Positions 1 to 9,368 of a stretch of 64,000 nucleotides of DNA are shown one piece after another. Position 1 is the first letter of the stretch; every line of letters begins with the position of its first letter. The notes under the pieces are model-generated. The model did not search any database, was not told the origin of the DNA, and saw only the letters and a program-made list of their open reading frames with translations. Position numbers and translations under genes: made by a program. Location: contig OY969780.1 of NCBI GenBank assembly GCA_963703035.1, positions 969,644-1,033,643 of the forward strand. The letters are read 5' to 3'. The DNA comes from an uncultured Acidobacteriaceae bacterium (GTDB taxonomy: Bacteria > Acidobacteriota > Terriglobia > Bryobacterales > Bryobacteraceae).

Positions 1-1
1 T

Positions 2-805
2 CTGGGCTTACAGATTTCGAAGCGCGGCGCCGATGACGAGCTGGATCGGCTGATCGGGTCTTTTAACGAGATGAGCGGCCGGCTGAAAGCCTCGTTCGAG
101 CAAATCCGCCAGTTCTCAACTGATGTTTCGCACGAGTTGCGTACGCCCTTAACTGCGATCCAAGGCCAGCTCGAAGTCGCGCTTTTCACCGCAACTCGGA
201 AGGAGCAGCTCCAGGAGGCGATCGAGAACGCATTGCAGGATGTCGAGCGGCTCTCGAACCTCGTGCGCGCTTTGCTGCTGCTTTCACAATCGGAAACGGG
301 CCAGATCCCGATGAATAAGAGTGTCGTCAATTTGAGCGATCTGCTGAAAGAATTGGTCGATCAATTCCAGATTCCCGCCGAGGCGCACAATCTGAAGTTG
401 ATGCATGTGGAGCAGGGTCCCGTGTTGTGCGAAGCAGATCCGACGCAAATGGAACGAGTCGTCACGAATTTGCTGTCGAACGCGATCAAGTACACGCCGG
501 CCGGAGGATGGGTACGAGCGTGGGCGGAAGCCGCGGGATCGAACGCGCGGCTGGTCGTCGAAGACTCGGGTGTCGGGATACCGCAGGACCACCTGCCCCA
601 TATTTTTGATCGCTTCTATCGCGTGCCGGACCCTAATCCGGAAAAGGGCCTGGGGTTGGGATTAAGTTTCGTGGCGGCGATCGTGAAGGCGCATGGAGGC
701 GAGATTCAGGTCGAGAGTCAAAGGGGCAAAGGATCGCGCTTCGAGATTACCTTACCTATGGGCGCAGTACCGACCGCGAGCCAAGCGCCAGTTCTGCAAG
801 GGTGA
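2..805 (+). CDS. Sensor histidine kinase, C-terminal part (HisKA + HATPase_c); 5' end lies outside the window
   Basis: The frame is open from the window edge to the stop at 803-805. It has H-box SHELRTPL, N-box NLLSNAIKYTP, G1 DSGVGIP and G2 GLGLGLS. Confidence 0.9.
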   Translation: MGLQISKRGADDELDRLIGSFNEMSGRLKASFEQIRQFSTDVSHELRTPLTAIQGQLEVALFTATRKEQLQEAIENALQDVERLSNLVRALLLLSQSETGQIPMNKSVVNLSDLLKELVDQFQIPAEAHNLKLMHVEQGPVLCEADPTQMERVVTNLLSNAIKYTPAGGWVRAWAEAAGSNARLVVEDSGVGIPQDHLPHIFDRFYRVPDPNPEKGLGLGLSFVAAIVKAHGGEIQVESQRGKGSRFEITLPMGAVPTASQAPVLQG

Positions 806-836
806 TTAACACCGGCGAACTGGCTTTGGAACCCTA

Positions 837-1031
837 GTGAAGGTTCGGGACCTAATCAGACAAGTAGAAACAGCCGGGTGGAAGCTGGATCACATCACGG
901 GAAGCCACCGACAGTATCGGAAACCCGAAAAAGCCGGATCTGGTACCTTGACCATTGCCGGTCATGCGTCGGATGACGTGCCGAAAGGTACCCTGAACGC
1001 TATTCTGAAGCAAGCTGGTCTGAAGCGATGA
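837..1031 (+). CDS. hicA: HicA-family mRNA interferase toxin
   Basis: 64 aa with a GTG start. The motif ITGSHRQYRKP is typical of HicA/YcfA. It overlaps the next ORF by 4 nt (ATGA). Confidence 0.8.
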   Translation: MKVRDLIRQVETAGWKLDHITGSHRQYRKPEKAGSGTLTIAGHASDDVPKGTLNAILKQAGLKR

Positions 1032-1249
1032 AAAAATATGCTGTTGTGATTGAGAGAGGCGATACGAACTACGGTGCATATGTGCCCGACCTTCCCGGTT
1101 GCATCGCTGTTGCAAACACGAGGGCAGAAGTCGAGCGGTTAATCGCAGAAGCCATTAAGTTGCACCTGGAGAGTCTTCGAGCACACGGCGATCCCGTTCC
1201 CGAGCCAAGCTCGGAAGTGCAATATGTTGAGCCCGCGAGTGTAGCGTAG
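1028..1249 (+). CDS. hicB: HicB-family antitoxin (UPF0150-like)
   Basis: 73 aa. The N-terminus YAVVIERGDTNYGAYVPDLPGC is typical of HicB. It is translationally coupled to hicA. Confidence 0.8.
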   Translation: MKKYAVVIERGDTNYGAYVPDLPGCIAVANTRAEVERLIAEAIKLHLESLRAHGDPVPEPSSEVQYVEPASVA

Positions 1250-1328
1250 TACGCGGCAAAAGCGCAGCGAACAAAAGACGAAACACCTGTCGTAGAGAAA
1301 CCGTCAAACACACAGAAAAGGAGAAGCG

Positions 1329-1718
1329 ATGGCTGTTGAAGATCTGCGGCAGAGTGCGATGATGTCCCACCTGCTCGATGCATTAGACCGGGGCGAGGAC
1401 ATTGGCCACTACGGGCGGTTGGTATTCGCCATGGTGGGACGTTATTTTCTGACGGAAGACGAGCTTATTGACGAACTGATGAAAGACCGCGACTGCGACG
1501 AGGAGAAGGCGCGCGGTCTGGTAAAACAAGTGGAAGCACGCGGGTACAATCCACCGAAACGGGAACGCATTTTGGAGTGGATGGAGCAGCAGGATTTTCC
1601 AATTTGCGAGAGCACAAACGACGGCGAGGCGTGCAACGTCTACAAGAGCCTGAATTTCCCGCGTGAAGTGTACGACAAGATCTCTGCGTACTACGAGCAA
1701 GAGCAGACGGCGGCATAA
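1329..1718 (+). CDS. Hypothetical protein, 129 aa
   Basis: Clean ORF with AGGAG 8 nt upstream of the ATG. I recognise no family with confidence. Confidence 0.6.
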   Translation: MAVEDLRQSAMMSHLLDALDRGEDIGHYGRLVFAMVGRYFLTEDELIDELMKDRDCDEEKARGLVKQVEARGYNPPKRERILEWMEQQDFPICESTNDGEACNVYKSLNFPREVYDKISAYYEQEQTAA

Positions 1719-1736
1719 CGCGGCCAGCTGGCGCGA

Positions 1737-2711
1737 TCAACGCCTACCATCGGCGACCTGTTCGCGGCTGCAGCGCACTTCCCGAACGGCATAGATGCGG
1801 CGGCCCTGACTTTCAAAATAGGTCCGCATCAAAACTTCTCCGATCAGGCCGGTACTGAACAACATCAGTCCGGCGAACCATAGCATCGCGCCGGCAATGA
1901 GCAACGGCCCGTGCTCGACGAGGATGCTTCTTCCGAGAATCTTGTCGATAACGATATAGGCGAGGATCAGCGTGCCCGAGGCAATACCAGCGAGCCCGAA
2001 TTTCCCAAAAAAGTGCATCGGGCGCGTGAGATATCGCAAAAGAAATTTAATCGTGAGGATGTCGAAGAAGACGCGCAGCGTGCGGCTGAGGCCATAGTGT
2101 GACGTGCCGCTGAGCCGCTGGCTGCTTCTGATCGGCACCTCCGTGATGCGAGCTCCATAGAAGGTTGCGAGAGCCGGAATGAAGCGGTGAAGCTCGCCGT
2201 AGAGCTTGATGTCCTTCAGGATCTCTGACCGATAGGCCTTGAAGGTGGTGCCGAAGTCGTGCAGCTCGACTCCCGACGCGCGCTTCATGATCCAGTTTGC
2301 GATGCGCGAAGGGATCTTGCGCGTGACCGTGTTATCGACGCGGTTCTTGCGCCACCCGCTGGCGATATCATAGCCTTCATTTATCTTTTCGACAAGGGAT
2401 GGAATATCTTCCGGATCGTGTTGCAAGTCGCCATCGAGCGATACGACGATGTCGCCTTGCGCCTCATCGAAGCCCGCAGCGAGAGCCGCCGTCTGGCCGA
2501 AATTGCGGCGCAAGCGGATTACTTTCAGCCGGCAATCCGTCTCAGCCAAGTTGGCGAGAAGGTCGAAGCTGCGGTCTGTTGAAGCGTCGTCGATGAAAAG
2601 GATTTCGTATGCAGTGTGCAGACTTCCCAGTACCGCAATCAGGCGATCATAGAGCGGCAAAATAGCCGGCTCCTCGTTGTGAATGGGAATCACGATGGAG
2701 AGCATCGCCAC
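1737..2711 (-). CDS. Family 2 glycosyltransferase (DPM1/ArnC-like, membrane anchored)
   Basis: Motifs IVIPIHNEE, FIDDASTDRS and DGDLQHDP (DxD), plus two C-terminal hydrophobic helices. Confidence 0.88.
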   Translation of the reverse strand: MAMLSIVIPIHNEEPAILPLYDRLIAVLGSLHTAYEILFIDDASTDRSFDLLANLAETDCRLKVIRLRRNFGQTAALAAGFDEAQGDIVVSLDGDLQHDPEDIPSLVEKINEGYDIASGWRKNRVDNTVTRKIPSRIANWIMKRASGVELHDFGTTFKAYRSEILKDIKLYGELHRFIPALATFYGARITEVPIRSSQRLSGTSHYGLSRTLRVFFDILTIKFLLRYLTRPMHFFGKFGLAGIASGTLILAYIVIDKILGRSILVEHGPLLIAGAMLWFAGLMLFSTGLIGEVLMRTYFESQGRRIYAVREVRCSREQVADGRR

Positions 2712-2863
2712 GTACCTTTAGTGTAGCGAGGGGTATGGGGACGAGCGCCGTTGGGCCCGGTGGTGAATTTCCGCTGCGGAAATTCAAGTTGGCTGCCGAT
2801 GTGATGTAAGTGTGGAGGTGCGACGAATCTCGCGTCCAAGGCACTTCTTCAGAAGGATCGCTT

Positions 2864-3358
2864 ATGGCAGGACAGAAACCGGCGTGTGAGGCGTACGACC
2901 AGGGCAGCGAGATGGTTGAATTCAGTCTCGTGATCGTTCCCATGTTGGCTTTTGTATTTCTCATCATGAATGTGGGGTGGATGATCTTTGCCAAAGCTAC
3001 TCTGCAGGAAGCCGTGCGAGAGGGCGTAAGGTACGGGGTAACCGGCCAGGTCATGGGCGGGCAGGCCGGTGTCAGCTCCTCGGTCCGGCAAGTTGTCCTG
3101 CAATATTCCGGGAGCTTTATTCCTTCGGGTAGCGCTCAAACAGACATTTCCGTCCAGTATCTTTCACCGCAGACTCTAACGCCGCTTTCCGGGGCGGGGG
3201 CCTGCGCCGGGGGAAATGTTTTGCAGGTTAAAGTGAGCGGAATCTCGGTCAGCCCGCTCGCCGCATTGCTGATCAGTCCGGCGCCTCTGGTCATGTCCGC
3301 AGTCTCCTCGGATGTGATGGAGAGCGATCCGAACGGCATCGCGCCTTCCTGTAATTGA
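2864..3358 (+). CDS. TadE-like pseudopilin / pilus assembly protein
   Basis: TadE signature GSEMVEFSLVIVPMLAFVFLIMNVGW near the N-terminus. The ATG at 2864 is preferred over the ORF-track start at 2810 (AAGGA upstream). Confidence 0.75.
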   Translation: MAGQKPACEAYDQGSEMVEFSLVIVPMLAFVFLIMNVGWMIFAKATLQEAVREGVRYGVTGQVMGGQAGVSSSVRQVVLQYSGSFIPSGSAQTDISVQYLSPQTLTPLSGAGACAGGNVLQVKVSGISVSPLAALLISPAPLVMSAVSSDVMESDPNGIAPSCN

Positions 3359-3359
3359 T

Positions 3360-3995
3360 ATGCGAAAAAAACGCAACCTGAAGTCGTCCGAGCGAGGCAG
3401 TGCCATGGTCGAATTCACCTTGGCCATGAGCGTGTTCCTGGTGCCCTTACTGTTTGGGACGATGGTGATCGGACAGAACCTGATTCGCGAGATTGAGGTC
3501 ACGCAGGTCTGCCGTGACGCCGCCCACATGTATGCCTACGGCGTGGATTTCTCACAAACAGCAAACCAAAACCTACTTGTCGATATTGGGCAAGGACTGA
3601 ATCTGCAGACTTCCGGTGGAAACGGGGTGGTCATTCTGTCTACGGTGACCTACATCGGCCCGAACGACTGTGTTGCGGGAGGATACCAGCCAAACGGCTC
3701 GAGTTGCGCGAATATAAACCAGACTGTGTTTACGCGCCGCATCGTCGTCGGCAACGCATCACTGAAAACGAGCGCATACGGAACGCCTAATGCCAGTCTT
3801 ATCGACAGCAGTGGAAATATCAGCCAAGCTGGTTACTTAAACAACACGAGCACTCGCGCCGTAAACTTTTCCAATTTGATCCCGCTAACGTCGGGTCAAT
3901 ATGGGTTCATGGCGGAAACGTACGTTGCTACGCCCGATCTCAGCTGGTGGGGCTATCTTGGTACGACCGGAGTAAGCGCCAGATCGGTCTTCTAA
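3360..3995 (+). CDS. TadE-like pseudopilin / pilus assembly protein
   Basis: N-terminal RGSAMVEFTLAMSVFLVPLLFGTMVIG. It starts 2 nt after the previous gene. Confidence 0.75.
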   Translation: MRKKRNLKSSERGSAMVEFTLAMSVFLVPLLFGTMVIGQNLIREIEVTQVCRDAAHMYAYGVDFSQTANQNLLVDIGQGLNLQTSGGNGVVILSTVTYIGPNDCVAGGYQPNGSSCANINQTVFTRRIVVGNASLKTSAYGTPNASLIDSSGNISQAGYLNNTSTRAVNFSNLIPLTSGQYGFMAETYVATPDLSWWGYLGTTGVSARSVF

Positions 3996-4017
3996 ATCGT
4001 TCTGGCGTACTCTTTAA

Positions 4018-5592
4018 CTACTCAGATAGCCGAAGAATCTGCGATGCAATCTGCTGGAAAGCCGAGGCCAGCGTCCCCGCATTGGCGTAAATGAATAACC
4101 CAGTTGGCTGGTTGGAGTTGTAACTGGAAGCCCGTGGATCATTCGCGACACGCTCCAGAAAATCCGAATCGATCTGTTGATACGGAGTGCCACCTAGTCC
4201 GATGGTGTAGATAATCGGGGTGAAGGTTGGGTCCGAGCGAATGATGTTGGCTTGATAATCGGCAGTGTTTAGAGCTCCATTTACGATCGACAAAGGAGTG
4301 TCGACGCGTAGTTGGCCCGAATAGTTCCCAGCGCCATAATAGGGCAGCAATGACTTGTATCCCGTGACCGAGTTGCCAAAGGCATCCGTCGCAGGGAGAG
4401 CGGCAACGTCTAAACGCATTTTGTCGCTCGCAGAACCGTTAGCGAAAACGCATCCGGGTGCGTTAATCACGGGCGGTACCGGCACGCCCAGACTGTTGGT
4501 ATCGGGAAGCTGAGAATTGATCGGAACTGGCGCGGGGTTATATACCCCGGCTGTGGGCCCGGTGGGATCCGGTGTGGAATAATCCCCGATTATCACCCCG
4601 TTTAGAGTTCCTGGACCCGTGCACGAGCTCGCAGGGGTGCTGACCGGAGTTGAAGTGTTCTGCCAATCATAGCGAGTGTCAGAAAGAGTCTTGATAGGAA
4701 AACTTCCCACAATCGAGTCTGGCTGGCCGTCTGTAAACAAAACGATCACGTTCAAGGCGCCGGGCTGATTGATAACCGTTGTTATCTGGTTGTAGGCCAA
4801 GCTCAGGGCAGCCGCTGTGGTGGTGTACCCGGTGCAGACCGCCGTGCCCAGGACTGAGTTGAGACTAGGGCTATTCGATTTGAAGTGAATCGTAGATTGA
4901 TAATCCACGTTCGCAGTCGATTGAAAGGTGACGAGCCCCAGCGTGTCGCGCCCATCGACGAAATAATTCACGAAGTTTTGGGCGGAGGCGATCATAGTGC
5001 TGCACGCGCCCGCCAATTGCATTGAGAATGAACGATCAATGATCAGGACGACGTTAGCGTCCCTTCGCGTGGACTGGCCCGTTGCTGCCAGGGTCGCATT
5101 CCTGAAGCCGAGAATGGGCATGAAATAGAGGGGAGCCGTCACCGTTGCTTGCACCGTGACGGTTCGAGTGTGCGTGCCGGTTTGTACGACCTGCACGGTT
5201 GGGTTGCCTCCGACTACCACCGTTCCCATGTTCCCTGGCTGGAAGTCCGCTGCGAAATAAGTATCAGCGGTTTGCGTCGCCGAGTCGACTTGGGCCTGAG
5301 TCGTTAACCCGACGCTGAGCGACCGCCCGGCTGCGAGTGCTGCGGCATCGACAGAGGCAGAAAGCCTTGCCTTTAGCCAATAGACCACCGATCCGTCAAT
5401 AGCGAGGCCGACCAACGGGATGACGACTGTCGCCACCATGAACGTGAGCAGAATCAGGGAGGCGCCCCGCTCAGTCTCTTTTGACCTTGCAGTTATTTTG
5501 TTGCGTATGCGCAAGTCACCCGTACCACTCTTTTGGTAGTGAATTGGCCGGACAGAGTTTCTCATAGCGCAGATTGGTTCTCCAAGAGGCAT
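4018..5592 (-). CDS. TadG-like protein with von Willebrand factor A domain
   Basis: N-terminal ERGASLILLTFMVATVVIPLVGLAIDG (Tad pseudopilin-like). vWA MIDAS-like segment VVLIIDRSFSM. An alternative start lies at 5565. Confidence 0.75.
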   Translation of the reverse strand: MPLGEPICAMRNSVRPIHYQKSGTGDLRIRNKITARSKETERGASLILLTFMVATVVIPLVGLAIDGSVVYWLKARLSASVDAAALAAGRSLSVGLTTQAQVDSATQTADTYFAADFQPGNMGTVVVGGNPTVQVVQTGTHTRTVTVQATVTAPLYFMPILGFRNATLAATGQSTRRDANVVLIIDRSFSMQLAGACSTMIASAQNFVNYFVDGRDTLGLVTFQSTANVDYQSTIHFKSNSPSLNSVLGTAVCTGYTTTAAALSLAYNQITTVINQPGALNVIVLFTDGQPDSIVGSFPIKTLSDTRYDWQNTSTPVSTPASSCTGPGTLNGVIIGDYSTPDPTGPTAGVYNPAPVPINSQLPDTNSLGVPVPPVINAPGCVFANGSASDKMRLDVAALPATDAFGNSVTGYKSLLPYYGAGNYSGQLRVDTPLSIVNGALNTADYQANIIRSDPTFTPIIYTIGLGGTPYQQIDSDFLERVANDPRASSYNSNQPTGLFIYANAGTLASAFQQIASQILRLSE

Positions 5593-5667
5593 ATCGGAAA
5601 CGCGGGGGTCGGCTTGACGGTTGTTTGCGGCTTAGCCATACCGTAGGACACTGGGTCAGATACGCCG

Positions 5668-6384
5668 ATGCAGGCTACGGTTCAACTGTCGCTCGATCTA
5701 ACGGACTTGCAAGAAGCCCTTCGAACTGCCGATCTCGCGATTCGAGCTGGAGTGGACTGGCTCGAAGTGGGAACTCCGCTGATTATTGCTGAGGGCATGC
5801 GGGGCGTAAGGGAGTTGCGCGCGCGCTACCCGCGGACATCGATTGTGGCTGATCTGAAGACCATGGATGGAGGCTGGCTGGAGGCGGAGCTTATGGCCAA
5901 AGCGGGCGCTAGCATGGTCGTTGTGATGGGGCAGGCGCACGCGGAAACAGTCGAGCTTGTGGTGAAAGCCGGGGCGGATTTTGGCGTGAAGGTGATGGGA
6001 GATAACATGGCCATGCCGGATCCTGTGGAAGGCGCCAAACGGTTGGCTGATCTCGGCTGCGATTACATCGTGCATCACATCGGTTTTGATCTGCGAACCG
6101 TACGGCGCGAGCGCGGCGCGACGGTACCCACACCGCTCGATCGACTGCGCGAAGTGGTACAAGCGGCGCCCGTGCCCGTTCAAGCTGTCGGCGGTCTAAC
6201 AATTGAGCAGGCCATCAGTACCCCAACCTATGGCGCTCCGCTGGTCGTCATTGGCGCTCCGCTGGCTATTGATGCGAACGCTTTCCGGACGGCAAGCGCG
6301 GACGTGGAAGGAATATTGCGCGAGATTTGCGAAAAGGTGCATGCCTACGGTGACGTGCCCGTTGCGCGCGAGCGTGTCACGTGA
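5668..6384 (+). CDS. 3-hexulose-6-phosphate synthase / 3-keto-L-gulonate-6-P decarboxylase family (OMP decarboxylase superfamily)
   Basis: Motifs QLSLDLTDLQEAL, WLEVGTPL and VADLKTMDGG are typical of HPS/KGPDC enzymes. Confidence 0.7.
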   Translation: MQATVQLSLDLTDLQEALRTADLAIRAGVDWLEVGTPLIIAEGMRGVRELRARYPRTSIVADLKTMDGGWLEAELMAKAGASMVVVMGQAHAETVELVVKAGADFGVKVMGDNMAMPDPVEGAKRLADLGCDYIVHHIGFDLRTVRRERGATVPTPLDRLREVVQAAPVPVQAVGGLTIEQAISTPTYGAPLVVIGAPLAIDANAFRTASADVEGILREICEKVHAYGDVPVARERVT

Positions 6385-7418
6385 GCGAGTGCGTGGCCGC
6401 CTTGGTCAACTACGGCCGGGAGCCCTTTTCGGTTGAGCTTCGCGAAGTGCCAGTACCGCAGATTAGCGATCGCGAGGTGCTGCTGCGTGTGGGTGCGGTG
6501 AGTGTGTGTGGCAGCGATCTCCACCAATGGGACGGCTCGGCGAGTTGGCACGTAAACTATCCCTGCATTTTGGGGCATGAATTCGCCGGAACAATTGCGA
6601 GAACCGGACGGAGTGTCTCAAGCTTTCGGGAAGGGGATCGCGTGGTGAGCGAAACGGCCGCAGTCATCGATGAGTCATCGTCGCTGAGCCGTAGCGGGCT
6701 CTACAATCTCGATCCGGCGCGGCTTGGCTTCGGCTACGGAGTGGATGGCGCGATGACACAGTACGTCCGCGTCCCCGAACGGTGTCTGCATCGCATTCCA
6801 GACAGACTCACGTTCGAGAAAGCTGCGCTTACGGAACCCTGTTGCGTTGCCTACAACGCCGTGTGTGTCAACGGACGCGTGCGGCCCGGTGATGGCGTTA
6901 TGGTGATCGGGCCAGGGCCGATCGGGCTGCTTTGCGCGCTGATGGCGAAGCTGAGCGGTGCCGGACGCGTGATCGTAGCTGGGTTGCCGCGCGATCAGCT
7001 CCGTTTCGAAGCTGCTCGAGCGCTCGGGGCTGATGTGGCGCTCGAGAGAGGCGTTCCCGAATACGTCGCGCAGTTAGGCGATGGTCTAGGCGTGGACATT
7101 GTTGTGGACGCGTCCGGCGCCTCGGCAACTCTACAGCTTGCCATGCAAGCGGTCCGGCCGGCCGGGCAGATCATCAAAGTAGGCTGGGGGCCGCAGCCGA
7201 TGCAGTTCAGCCTCGATCCAGCCGTGCAGAAGAACATCACCATTCAGGGCAGTTTCTCCCACAACTGGCCAGTGTGGGAGCGAGTGATTTCGATGATCGT
7301 CGCCGGGCAGATCAACCTCGAGCCGGTGATCAACCGCGTCGCACCGCTCTCAGAATGGCTCGACTGTTTCGAAAAAATGCACCGCGGCGAACTGGTGAAG
7401 GCCGTATTAACGCCGTAA
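6381..7418 (+). CDS. Zinc-dependent alcohol/polyol dehydrogenase (MDR family)
   Basis: Motifs VCGSDLH, GHEFAG and GPGPIGL (Rossmann). It overlaps the upstream gene by 4 nt. Confidence 0.85.
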   Translation: MSECVAALVNYGREPFSVELREVPVPQISDREVLLRVGAVSVCGSDLHQWDGSASWHVNYPCILGHEFAGTIARTGRSVSSFREGDRVVSETAAVIDESSSLSRSGLYNLDPARLGFGYGVDGAMTQYVRVPERCLHRIPDRLTFEKAALTEPCCVAYNAVCVNGRVRPGDGVMVIGPGPIGLLCALMAKLSGAGRVIVAGLPRDQLRFEAARALGADVALERGVPEYVAQLGDGLGVDIVVDASGASATLQLAMQAVRPAGQIIKVGWGPQPMQFSLDPAVQKNITIQGSFSHNWPVWERVISMIVAGQINLEPVINRVAPLSEWLDCFEKMHRGELVKAVLTP

Positions 7419-8317
7419 TGGCGCCCAAAATCTCCGCGTTTCCGAAATGCTATCTGGATGACATCGCGAATGGCCGGATGTCCGTCTTCGAGTGGATCGA
7501 GATGGCGAAGCAGCTCGATGCGGATGGACTCGAGATGTATACCGGCTTCTTCACGAGCTTGGATGACGAGTACATCAGCCGCGTGGGTGACGCGCTCGAT
7601 CGCGCCGAGTTTGCAATGCCGATGCTGTGCTGCTCTCCTGATTTCACGAATCCTGATCGCGAGCAACGAAAGCGCGAGGTTGCCCGTGAAGCGGAGATGA
7701 TTCGTATGACGCGCCGTTTAGGTGGGCCGCGTGCGGTCTGCCGTGTGCTGACGGGCCAGCGTTATCCCGAAGTGAGCTGGCAGCAGGGAAGGGAATGGGT
7801 GCTGTCTGCGATTGAGGAGTTACTTCCGGTCGCGAGAGAGCACGACGTGGTGCTTGGGCTTGAGAATCACTACAAGGATGGATTCTGGAAATACGCGGAG
7901 TTCGCGCAAGAGATGAGCCGGTTTCTTGACATCATCAATTCCATCGCTGATCGCAAGCATTTCGGAGCGCAGTACGATCCGTCAAACGCGATCGTTGCGG
8001 GCGATGATCCGATCGAGCTCTTGCGGGCGGTCGCTGGTCGTGTCGTCAGTATGCACGCGAGTGACCGTTACTTAGCCGAAGGAACTACGCTCGAAGGATT
8101 GCGCCAGAGTGAGGGAAGCCTGGGGTATTCCGCCAACCTGCGGCATGGCGTCACAGGCAAGGGACTGAACGACTACGACTCCATCTTTCGCATTCTCGCC
8201 GCGCACAAATATGAGGGCTGGATCAGCATCGAGGACGGCCTGAACGGAATGGCCGAAATGGCGGAATCCATCGCCTTTCTCCGCAACATGGGCAGAAAAT
8301 ATTTCCCGGATCGCTAG
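7418..8317 (+). CDS. Sugar phosphate isomerase/epimerase (xylose isomerase-like TIM barrel)
   Basis: The ATG at 7418 overlaps the TAA of the dehydrogenase (TAATG). GLENHY and SIEDG motifs are present. The ORF-track start at 7274 would overlap the previous gene by 145 nt. Confidence 0.8.
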   Translation: MAPKISAFPKCYLDDIANGRMSVFEWIEMAKQLDADGLEMYTGFFTSLDDEYISRVGDALDRAEFAMPMLCCSPDFTNPDREQRKREVAREAEMIRMTRRLGGPRAVCRVLTGQRYPEVSWQQGREWVLSAIEELLPVAREHDVVLGLENHYKDGFWKYAEFAQEMSRFLDIINSIADRKHFGAQYDPSNAIVAGDDPIELLRAVAGRVVSMHASDRYLAEGTTLEGLRQSEGSLGYSANLRHGVTGKGLNDYDSIFRILAAHKYEGWISIEDGLNGMAEMAESIAFLRNMGRKYFPDR

Positions 8318-8318
8318 C

Positions 8319-9368
8319 ATGGAATCGGGTATTGCCATGGGAAATTTTGTTCAATTTGTGGGTCCGAACCACGCACTGCAACTGTTTGGCGTCAAGCTGG
8401 TCGGCGTCAATGCGGAGAACGGAAAAAGACTCCTTTTCTCAATCGTCCTGATCGTGTTCTTGAGCGTATTGGGACGCTTGTTGCGTTGGCTAGCGCAACG
8501 GGAGACACGGGACAAAGGCGCCAAGCGAGTTGCCTTCTGGACGCATCAGGGCATCTCGATCGTCCTTGCCGTGATTATGGTCGTCGGCATTATCTCGATT
8601 TGGTTTAATAACCCGACCAATCTCACAACGGCTGCGGGCCTAGTAACTGCCGGTCTCGCCTTCGCGTTACAGAAAGTAGTTACTTCGTTTGCTGGATACC
8701 TGTTGATTTTGCGAGGCAAGACGTTCAGCGTAGGCGACCGCATCACGATGGGCGGCGTGCGCGGCGACGTCGTCGCCCTGAATTTTCTGCAGACCGTGAT
8801 TATGGAAATGGGCCAGCCGGCACAGGGTGACGCGGCAGATCCGATGTGGGTTCAGGCGCGCCAGTACACGGGCCGGATCGTCCGAATTTCTAATGCCAAC
8901 ATCTTTGATGAACCGGTCTATAATTACACGCGCGAATTTCCATATATCTGGGAGGAGATGCGTCTTCCGGTTCCCTACAATGCGGACCGTGAGAAGGCCG
9001 AACAGATACTGCTCGATGCAACGCGTAGGTATACGGTGAAAATTGCAGAGATCAGCGAGGACGCGTTAAAGGCACTCGAAAAGCGTTATGTGATGAAGCG
9101 GTCGGAGCTCGAGCCGCATGTTTATTGGCGTCTCACAGACAATTGGCTCGAGATGGCCGTGCGCTTTATCGTTACTGATTACGGCATTCGCGAGATAAAA
9201 AGTAAGATCAGCCGCGACTTGCTGGCAGAGCTAGATCGCGTGGGGATTGGTATCGCGTCAGGAACCTACGAAGTGGTCGGAATGCCGCCTATCAAGGTAC
9301 AAATGGTTCCGGGAGACGGAACGAAAAATGCCGCCGCCGGAATCATGGAACAGCCGGCGCATTCGTGA
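8319..9368 (+). CDS. Mechanosensitive ion channel family protein (MscS-like)
   Basis: Three N-terminal TM helices followed by LILRGKTFSVGDRITMGGVRGDVV, the MscS beta domain signature. Confidence 0.85.
   Translation: MESGIAMGNFVQFVGPNHALQLFGVKLVGVNAENGKRLLFSIVLIVFLSVLGRLLRWLAQRETRDKGAKRVAFWTHQGISIVLAVIMVVGIISIWFNNPTNLTTAAGLVTAGLAFALQKVVTSFAGYLLILRGKTFSVGDRITMGGVRGDVVALNFLQTVIMEMGQPAQGDAADPMWVQARQYTGRIVRISNANIFDEPVYNYTREFPYIWEEMRLPVPYNADREKAEQILLDATRRYTVKIAEISEDALKALEKRYVMKRSELEPHVYWRLTDNWLEMAVRFIVTDYGIREIKSKISRDLLAELDRVGIGIASGTYEVVGMPPIKVQMVPGDGTKNAAAGIMEQPAHS

Noticed and set aside
7274-7417. Upstream extension of the isomerase ORF; likewise 52110-52292 for hypF, 51814-52050 for the glutaredoxin-like gene and 54635-54673 for hhyS
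   Set aside because: The extensions overlap the preceding genes in another frame and have atypical composition. The internal starts show SD sequences or stop-start coupling.
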